Shown in pieces: positions 55,167-64,000 of a DNA stretch of 64,000 nt. The position numbers were made by a program, and so were the translations under genes. This stretch comes from Octopus sinensis. Its lineage: Eukaryota. Under the pieces are notes generated by a model, which did not search any database, was not told where the DNA came from, and was given only the letters and a program-made list of their open reading frames with translations. Position 1 is the stretch's first letter. Every line of letters begins with the position of its first letter. The DNA is taken from contig NC_043011.1 in assembly GCF_006345805.1 (NCBI RefSeq), forward strand, positions 43,660,464 to 43,724,463, read 5' to 3'.

Positions 55167-55249
55167 CATATATCTATCTATCTATCTATATATATATCGT
55201 CTTCTAAATGTTTTGCATTCTTGTCCCAGTTTGTGTTTTTTTACATTTA

Positions 55250-55303
<54 letters not shown>

Positions 55304-56419
55304 CACACTCACACATATTTCTATGTAAGTATATATGGTGATGTGAAATACCCAGACTGAGAAAAGCTGCAAGACCATGGTGGTGCTCCAGCATGACCAC
55401 AGCCGCATGGCTGAAATGAGTAAAAGAGTAATATTTATATACATACACAAATATGTATATGCATATGTATACACACACATACATATCTATATATACGACG
55501 GGCTTCTTTCATTTTCCCTTTACCAAATCCACTCACAAGGCTTTGGTCGGCCCATGGCTAAAGTAGAAGACACTTGCCCAAGATGCTACACAGCAAGACT
55601 GAACCCAGAACCATGTGGTTGGGAAGCAAGCTTTTTCCCACACAGCCACACCAGTGTATCTAGTGTATATAATACAAAGTATGTCATATTTTTAATATAG
55701 CATGCATAAAACTTCCTCAATGGTTCTGCTCCAGCCATCCCTCCTACACGTTTAAGCAGTCACAATTAAAAAAAAAACAAAAACGGAAGAATACATTGGA
55801 TGATGTATTCCCAGCCACACTGTGTCTGATGACGAAATGGTCATATCTTTATGACATCTAATGGGTCTCTTTGGTCTCGGGTTGATAGATAACCAAACCA
55901 TGTCAGTACCACTGTTACTGCATTATTAATTTTAAGAAGTTCACCTAATAACTGGGTGTTATTTGGTTCCATTCTACTGCACACCATTTCTGGCATGTGT
56001 TTTCTATAATAGTCTAAGTGAAGTTCCATACAAAGATATTAAGGAAAACCTATATATGGTGGTTGTCTTCTCCCTCTACAGAGTTTAACTACCTCTTGTA
56101 CACCTTAGATTATCATGGTGTCTGATATGGCTTTTTAAACCAGATAATATTTTGAAAGGACATCCACGTCGGTGACACGTAAAAGCACCAGCCGATTGTG
56201 ACCGTTTGCCAGCCTGCTCTGGCCCCTGTGCCTGGTGGCATGTAAAAAAACACCCACTACACTCACGGAGTGGTTGGCATTAGGAAAGGCATCCAGCTGT
56301 AGAAACACTGCCAAATCAGACTAGAGCCTGGTGCAGCCTCCATGACTTACCAGACCCCGGTCAAACCGTCCAACCCATGCTAGGATGGAAAATGGACATT
56401 AAATGATGATGATGTTGAT

Positions 56420-57020
56420 GATCCACATAAATTACATATCTGCTTCAGACCATCAAGAACTGCAGTAAAATTCTGATCTTTGTGCATCTTGAAATATCTT
56501 TTGGGGCCTCCATTTGATTTGCAAACCTTATGGCATACACGGCATTAACAAGAGTCCCCAGATATATAAGTAGAGTAGTAGGTGGAGGTTCGTTTTTCAT
56601 GGGTCTGCAAATGAGATTTGAGTCCAGCAAAAGAAAGGCATGGTCTGTCACAATTTCTGCACACAAAAAGCTTGTTGGGATTCATTTTCTCATTGATAAT
56701 AACATTTTTCTTTAAATTTCTTTTGCGTTTTACAAGGGTCATCCTGGTTTCTTCAAAAACTTTCACTCCACTCCGCTTTTGTTTGCTGTCCAGCTTGACC
56801 CCAAAGCTTTTGGATCCACTTTGTATTAGTCCTTATGCAGTCCGTCCTTAAACCTCTTTTTAGGTTTACACTGATCACGTTTCCCTTTTGCAAGTTCGTC
56901 ATGATACAACTGTTTGAGTGTGCGTTCATCTGCCATTTGGATAATGTGGCCAAACCATCGCATTTTTCTGAATGGAGTTCATTGAAGATAGTCATACCTT
57001 GAAAGAGATGTATGACTCAT
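56420..57020 (-). mobile_element. RTE-clade LINE 3' fragment
   Basis: LRWFGHIIQMADERTLKQLYHDELAKGKR..KPKKRFKD and FVCRNCDRPCLSFAGLKSHLQTH, split across frames. Confidence 0.85.
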
Positions 57021-57506
57021 CCTTGACATCTGTAGACTGAATAGCAAAAATAAGTTCTCCATCACCACACACACCACCATCCCCATGTAACTACCGTTCA
57101 TTCCTCTCTTTACATCACGTTCCCCTCGTCCCCACCAAATACCCATATAACTCAATTAACCTTTGTACTGATCAAAAGGGGTAAACATCCCCCTGTTAAG
57201 CATTCATTAATGGTATATTGCCTGAAGAAATGAATTCATGAAGATAATCAACCTGATGCCCACGGATACTACAGACTACACCAGAAATATGGTCTATGAT
57301 CTTAAGAGTCATGTAATTTGTTGAAACGCACGTAGCGATGCATCAAGATATCTATAAATTCCATCCGAGGATTATTGTTACTATATATATATATATATAT
57401 ATACATTCAATAATGAGGGTGAATAAAATTATAGATATTAATTCAATAATACCCTTATTTTAACACCGAGCGACCTAGCGCAATAAACCGGGGATAAATT
57501 CATATT

Positions 57507-57625
57507 TATCCGTAAATATGAGAGAGCCAACTTTGAATATGTAAACTCTAGTGCTAGAAATAGCTCCACCGGTGGAAGCACTAGAGTTAACATATTCAAA
57601 GTTGGCTCTCTCATATTTACGGATA
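57507..57625. repeat. Short fold-back with arms of about 49 bp
   Basis: tatccgtaaatatgagagagccaac..gtgct versus agcac..tcatatttacggata. Confidence 0.9.
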
Positions 57626-57718
57626 TATATATATATATATATGTGTGTGTGTATATATACTTATAGACATGTATACACACACACACACATATATATATAT
57701 ATAGACATGTATACATAC

Positions 57719-57791
<73 letters not shown>

Positions 57792-58317
57792 TGTATACAT
57801 AAACACACACACATACACATAGGAGTGGCTGTGAGGTAAGTAGCTTGATTACCAACCACATGGTTCCTGGTTCAGTCCCACTCCTATGCGCTGAACTCTG
57901 GGCTCAATGTATTTAACTTGCTCCCTCTCTCCTACCAGATTTCAAGCCTTGTGCCCACTAGAAAGGAGGACCCCATCACTATCATCCTTTATTTTCACCC
58001 CCCCCTTTTTTTTCTTTTCACTCTTGTATACTAAATATATACATATTTCCCTTCTCTGTACACCATGTATGCTTTCTCATGTGTTTGTTTTTCTTTTTCA
58101 TTTCATTGTATATAAACCCCTTTATATTGTCTTTATGTTGTCCATCACACCCTTCACCCTGGTGGCAAACGAAGGGAATTAACTGCAAGGATCACTTGTT
58201 CTTGGTGTTCAGGGACATCTTTGACAGTGGGGTTCCTTGGTTATCCATAGAGGCCATCCCCTATCAGGAGAGCTACATTTCTGTCATCACCCCCATTTTT
58301 TTTCTAACTTTATATAG

Positions 58318-59190
58318 TACTAGCATTAAAGACCCGTCGTTGCCGGGTCATAGTGCTAGTGCATGTATATATGTGTATATATATGTTTACATATTACATG
58401 TACATCTATATATATATACATCTACACATAAAATTAAAAATACAAAGTTATATCTTGATATCACTAGTGATAACAATACTCAAAATATATAACAGACTGG
58501 AGTTGTTAGCTCTTCTTTTTTCTCTACCTTGTATACTTTATAGACAATAGTCTTTTCTTTAATTTAATTTTTTATTATCCATCTGGACTATTTCATTTCT
58601 GCACGCTAATTTTATTTTTAATTTAATTCCCATTCATGTGAAACCACTTATTCAAGTTCAAATCATTGATGCAATTTTATACCAATTGCTATTTTTACTT
58701 ATATTATACTTTAGTTTGATTTTAATTATTACTTACTACATATAATTCAATTGTTATTATTATTTTTATTGTTAAAGTGAAAGCATCTGACATAAAATAG
58801 AGAAATATTTTTGTTTCACTTTTAACATGTAATACTGAGATAGTGGAGAAGATATGATATTGCTATGGGCTCGCTCTAGGCAAGAAGTTGAACATTTTTT
58901 TTTGCCCATGAAACTACATGGACCCTAAGTAAGGCATGTGTAAAATTTGAATGAAATTGGTTGTGTAGTTCTCAAGTTTTAGGGAATCGTAGTGGAGAAG
59001 ATATGATATTGCTGTGGGCTTGCCCTAGGCAAAAAGTTAAAAGTTTTTTTTGCCGATGACACTCCCCGGACCCTAAGTAAGGCATATGTAAAATTTGAAT
59101 GAAATTGGTTGTGTAGTTCTCAAGTTTTAGGGAAACACACACACAGACAGACAGACAGACACACATTCTCAGTTTTATATATATAAAGAT
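58318..59190 (+). mobile_element. Non-autonomous Helitron-like element with an internal tandem duplication of about 149 bp
   Basis: 5' tactagc..gacccgtcgttgccgggtc hairpin; 3' aaatttgaatgaaattggtt..acagacagacag..ttttatatatataaagat. 58841-58986 is repeated at 58990-59133. Confidence 0.55.
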
Positions 59191-59358
59191 GTTTATTTCC
59201 CTTCCCCTTCATTGTATACTATGTATACTTAGGGGCCCCTCCCCCCACTTTTTAAAAATTATTTTATCATTTCATTATATGTAAATCTCCTCACTTTGTG
59301 TCTGTCTTTGTATTGTCCCCCACCCCCACCCTTTGCCCTACTGGCAAACAAAAAAAAA

Positions 59359-59437
<79 letters not shown>

Positions 59438-59586
59438 CATCATTATTATTAACAATAAGAAGAGTGTGACTGTTACTGAATGAACAACATTGTGTCATTC
59501 ACAAGTTCAACATAATCATTTCAATCTAATTCATTTTGGTAATATTTAAGGACTGATGTAACTCCTTTTATTATTATTATTATCAT

Positions 59587-59634
<48 letters not shown>

Positions 59635-59651
59635 AACATTATTATTATTAC

Positions 59652-59739
<88 letters not shown>

Positions 59740-60458
59740 TAGGGAGCACAATCCGGGCAAAATGCTTAGCAGTATTTTGTCTGCAGTTATGATCGGAGTT
59801 CAAATTCTGCCGAGGTCGACTTTGCCTTTCATCTTTTCGGAGTCGATTAAATAAGCACCAGTTATGCACTGGGGTCGATTTAATCGACCTAATTCCTTTG
59901 TCTGTCCATGTTTGTCCCCCTCAATGTTTAGCCCTCTGTGGGCAATAAAGAAATAATAATAATTATTATTTTTTTACTTTTAATTTGCATATTTGTTACA
60001 GTCACTTGCTGAGACACACCCAGTATTCAGGGGGGGGGGTCGAGTGAAGGATAAGAGATTATTATTCTCTTTACTTTTTTACTCTTTTACTTGTTTCAGT
60101 CATGTGACTGTGGCCATGCTGCAGCACCACCTTTAGTCAAGCAAATCGACCCCAGGACTTATTCTTTGTAAGCCTAGTACTTATTCTATCGGTCTGTTTT
60201 GCTGAACCACTAAGTTACGGGTATGTAAACACACCAGCATCGGTTGTCAAGCGATATTGGGAGGACAAACACAGACACACAAACATATACACATACATAC
60301 ATACATATATATATATATTACGGAGATGTACTTGCATAGCAAGTGACCTGATCTGAGATCGTGTGCTGGAAGAAAAACAATTACAGCATGGAAGTTGTTT
60401 ATAAGCCATTTAAGAAACACACAAAAACCGTTAGATTCACTTCAACATTTAAATTTAA

Positions 60459-60510
60459 TTTGACAAAATATTTTCGTCGCTTTGAGACCGTGACCTGTTC
60501 ACTGACAAAA
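60459..60510 (-). ncRNA. Hammerhead-like motif of the G3:C8 variant family (copy a)
   Basis: Minus strand reads tttgtca-GTGAACA-g-gtcac(ggtctcaaa)gcgac-GAAA-atatt-t|tgtcaaa. Confidence 0.45.
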
Positions 60511-60531
60511 CGGCGTGAGATGCAGCACAGT

Positions 60532-60582
60532 TTTGTTAGTGAATAGGTCGCAGTCTCAAAGCGATGAAAATATTTTGATAAA
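60532..60582 (+). ncRNA. Hammerhead-like motif of the G3:C8 variant family (copy b)
   Basis: tttgtta-GTGAATA-g-gtcgc(agtctcaaa)gcgat-GAAA-atatt-t|tgataaa. Confidence 0.45.
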
Positions 60583-60866
60583 TTAAATTTAAATGTTGAA
60601 GTGAATCTAACGGTTTTTGTGTGTTTCTTAAATGGCTTATAAACACCTACCACGCTGCAATTGTTTTATATATATACATATATATATACACACATATATA
60701 CGATGGGCTTCTTTCAGTTTCTGTCTACCAAATCTTCTCACAAGGCTTTGGTCGGCCCGAGGCTATAATAGAAGACACTTGCCCAAGGTGCCACACAGTG
60801 GGACTGAACCCAGAACCATGTGGTTTGTAAGCAAGTTACTTACCACACAGCCACTCCTATGCCTAT

Positions 60867-60920
<54 letters not shown>

Positions 60921-60967
60921 ATTATCATTATTATCATTATTGTTGTTGTTGTTGTTGTCTGTTGCAG

Positions 60968-61209
60968 GGTGGCATGTCTGATGTGAGCAATGGCCGTTTC
61001 TACTTCAGTGTACCTCCACCACCTCCACCACAACCTCCACCGCAACCAACAGACCGGAACCTCCGTGTCTTGTCCCAACTCTGTATGCAGGCTGCTACCC
61101 CGATGACATCATCAAGATCAGCAATAATGCCGGTGACAACTGTCACCTTTCCGGATGAGGACAGCCGCTCCCTTGGATATAAAGCTTACCACACATTAAT
61201 CAATGGACG
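60968..61209 (+). CDS. Exon of an unidentified protein-coding gene (GGMSDVSNGRFYFSVPPPPPPQPPPQPTDRNLRVLSQLCMQAATPMTSSRSAIMPVTTVTFPDEDSRSLGYKAYHTLING-R)
   Basis: Acceptor ttgttgtctgttgcag ends at 60967 and donor gtatgt starts at 61210. Only one of three frames is open over the 242 nt. Complex sequence in a microsatellite background; phase 0 in, phase 2 out. ATG at 60974 could be the start codon. Confidence 0.75.
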
Positions 61210-61510
61210 GTATGTTGTTGTTCTTATTGTTGTTGCAATAGTTGTTTTTGTTGCCATTGTTCTTGTTCTTACTACTGTTGTAGAGGTTGTAATGTTTGCT
61301 GTTGCTGTTTTTATTTATTGTTTTTGTAATTGCTGTTATTGTTGTAGTTGTTCCGTTACTGTTGTTGTTGTTGTTGTTGTTGTTGTGTTGTTACTGTTTC
61401 TGACGATGATGCTTTAAACAACAGCATCTTTCTGACATACTCGCAGTTGTGCCAAAAAGAAAATGCTGTCTTGTGCCTAAAATCAAAAACTATTATTATT
61501 ATTATTTAGT

Positions 61511-61717
61511 ACGGAGATGTACTTGCATAGCCAGTGACCTAATCTGAGGTCGTGTGCTGGAACGAAAGCAATTGCAGCGTGGAAGGTGTTTATAAGCCAT
61601 ATAAGAAACACACAAAAACCATTTAGATTCACTTCAACATTTAAATTTAATTTGTCAAAATATTTTTGTCGCTTTGAGACACCGACCTGTTCACTGACAA
61701 AATTCGATGCTGCATCT
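61511..61717 (-). mobile_element. Second copy of the same hammerhead-bearing repeat
   Basis: About 200 nt of near-identity to 60320-60511, starting acggagatgtacttgcatag. Confidence 0.7.
61651..61701 (-). ncRNA. Hammerhead-like motif of the G3:C8 variant family (copy c)
   Basis: Minus strand reads tttgtca-GTGAACA-g-gtcgg(tgtctcaaa)gcgac-AAAA-atatt-t|tgacaaa. Stem I is perfect (7 bp); G12 is lost at a CpG. Confidence 0.45.
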
Positions 61718-61737
61718 GTTTATTATTATTATTATTA

Positions 61738-61790
<53 letters not shown>

Positions 61791-61873
61791 ATTATAATTA
61801 TTATTATTATTATTATTATTATTTATTTCTTTACTACCCACAAGGGGCTAAACACAGAGAGGACAAGGAAAAA

Positions 61874-61906
<33 letters not shown>

Positions 61907-62107
61907 AAATGGGGTGAGCTGGCAGAATTATCATCACGCCAGATGAAATGCTTAGCAGTATTTTGTTTGTCGTTATGTTGAGTTCAAATTCCACTGTTTT
62001 TGACTTTACCTTTCATCTTTTCGGGTTCGATAAAATTAGTACCAGTGAAACACTGGGGTCAATGTCCCTTTCCCCAAATTTGAGGCCTTGTGCTTCCAGT
62101 AGAAAGG

Positions 62108-62145
<38 letters not shown>

Positions 62146-62260
62146 CATCACTATCACATGCTTTCACTGCACTACTGAGCGCAGCTCTGTGTGCCTTGGG
62201 TATGTACTGTGGTTTGTTGTGATGCTCTTATGGTTACTGTATTGAGAGTGGGAGGAGGTG

Positions 62261-62456
62261 CCGGAGTGGCTGTGTGGTAAGTAGCTTGCTTACCAACCAC
62301 ATGGTTCTGGGTTCAGTCCCACTGCGTGGCATGGCACCTTGGGCAAATATCTTCTACTAAAGCCTCATGCCAACCAAAGCCTTGTGAGTGGATTTGGTTG
62401 ATAGAAACTGAAAGAAGCCCGTCGTATATATGTATATATATGTGTGTGTTTGTGTG

Positions 62457-62503
<47 letters not shown>

Positions 62504-62733
62504 ATATGTTTGTGTGTTTGTGTTTGTCCCCTCAACATCGCTTGTCAACCGATGCTGGTGTGTTTACATTTCCGTAACTTAGTGGTTCGGCAAAAGAGAC
62601 CGATAGAATAAGTATTATGCTTACAAAGAATAAGTCCTGGGGTTGATTTGTTCGACTAAAGGCGGTGCTCCAGCATGGCCGCAGTCACATGACTGAAACA
62701 AGTAAAAGAGTAAAAAAAATAAGAGTAAAAGAG
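62261..62733 (+). mobile_element. SINE family A
   Basis: Full-length match. Confidence 0.9.
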
Positions 62734-63406
62734 TGTTTTATGTAGGATGTGTGTGGTGCCTAGAATTGCTATTTTCTGTGTTATATATCTTTGTAAGTCC
62801 TGATGTTTTTGTTATGTATTTGTCTGAATTTTTTCAAAATTTAATCTAAAAACATTGAAAAACTTCAAATATGTAATTCCCTTTGGAACACAGGGTCTTG
62901 AAGCGCACAAAGTAAATATTGGGTAAAAAACGCCCTGAACTCAGACCCACATCTGTAAATATGACAGCTGTTCTACCATTGGACCAAAGTAATCCTTTGG
63001 ATTTTTCTGTGCATTTGAGAAACTTTATACTCACCAATGCGAATTGTAAGATGTTGATGTCATGAAAATTGAGAAATTTCAAGAGAATGTAATGTAATTC
63101 TTTTTGGAATGCAGGATCTCAAAGCAAATAAACTATAGACAATAGTGTGTAAATATCTGGTTAAAAAGAAAAAAAGACATTGATAGAAAATGTCGTAGTC
63201 TACCTGTAGGACTTAAACCCACATCTTGTGTAAACATGACAGGCTTTCTACCATTGGAGCAAAACAATCCTTTGAATTTCTCTATACATTTTAAGAAACT
63301 TTGTTATTATCAGTGAATATTTTTTAATTAATTTACACAATTTTTAACTGAAAAATCAAAATTTTTTTAACATTTTAATTTTTTTCTCTTTATTTTTTTG
63401 CTTCAG

Positions 63407-63496
63407 TAGTTGTAATGGTTCAGATTCATCTCAGCCACGACCCGTGTGCCTCTCCTTTGGACATTCAGTTGAAGGGGTGTTACAAAAGGGACCCCA
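63407..63496 (+). CDS. Next exon of the same gene (R-SCNGSDSSQPRPVCLSFGHSVEGVLQKGP)
   Basis: Long T/C tract plus ttcag acceptor (63405-63406) and gtaagt donor at 63497. The 90 nt are open in the phase-2 frame required by the preceding exon. Confidence 0.65.
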
Positions 63497-63603
63497 GTAA
63501 GTATTTTCTAGAGAATGACTTTTATTCTTTATTCATAAACCTTTAGATTCCATGTCTTGTAATACTCAATACGCTCAACTAACTAACCAAGTAATTATTC
63601 ATG

Positions 63604-63765
63604 TGGTCAGTTGGTCAGTCTCAGTCTTGTGTCCAGTTTGTGGTCAGTCATATGACCCATGTTGATCTACTGGTCAGTAACAAATTGTTTGGTTTGTGGT
63701 CAGTCACGTAACCGATGTTAATTCTAATGGTCAGTGATAAATTACCTGGCTATCAAGTGGTCAGT
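63604..63765 (+). repeat. Seven copies of TGGTCAGT, mostly about 30 bp apart
   Basis: Starts at 63604, 63612, 63641, 63671, 63697, 63728 and 63758. Confidence 0.85.
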
Positions 63766-63913
63766 GACATAATCTTTGCCAACTGTCCAGTTCTCAGTCC
63801 ATTACATTGTTACTGGGAAAAGAGGTTTACCTCTTTCAAAGTCTCTGATGCAACTTTCTAAAGTAACCATCCATCTTTCTGTCTGTCTGTCTGTTTCTCA
63901 TGCAATCTTGCCT

Positions 63914-63972
<59 letters not shown>

Positions 63973-64000
63973 CTCATACATGTGCACATGTACATACATG

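Larger units (their letters stand above)
60320..60667. mobile_element. Hammerhead-bearing short repeat with inverted partial duplication (probable Penelope-like relic), nested in a SINE
   Basis: 60320-60511 matches 61511-61701; 60530-60667 is its reverse complement. Confidence 0.6.
60070..60860 (-). mobile_element. SINE family A interrupted in its central microsatellite
   Basis: Tail at 60070-60300 and head at 60695-60860, separated by the 60320-60667 insertion. Confidence 0.85.

Noticed and set aside
63604-63765. CRISPR-like repeat/spacer appearance
   Set aside because: The repeat is only 8 bp, spacers resemble one another, there are no cas genes, and the DNA is eukaryotic.

Overview
AT-rich, microsatellite-saturated eukaryotic DNA whose repeat families look like those of an octopus (inferred from recognition, not checked by search). 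Most of the window is intronic or intergenic. It contains many copies of at least four SINE-like families, relics of RTE, CR1/Jockey and R4/Dong-type LINEs, Helitron-like, mariner-like, hAT-like and Tigger-like non-autonomous pieces, and many fold-back hairpins. Nearly all ORFs in the supplied track are microsatellite translations. Two splice-bounded, phase-compatible + strand exons (60968-61209 and 63407-63496) point to an unidentified protein-coding gene continuing past the window end. The main unexpected signal is a set of minimal type I hammerhead ribozyme motifs in several short repeat families. One is fully intact (45389-45432). A three-copy family (60459-61701) has a consensus core with the C3:G8 pair swapped to G3:C8. 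No CRISPR array, rRNA or intact tRNA gene was found.
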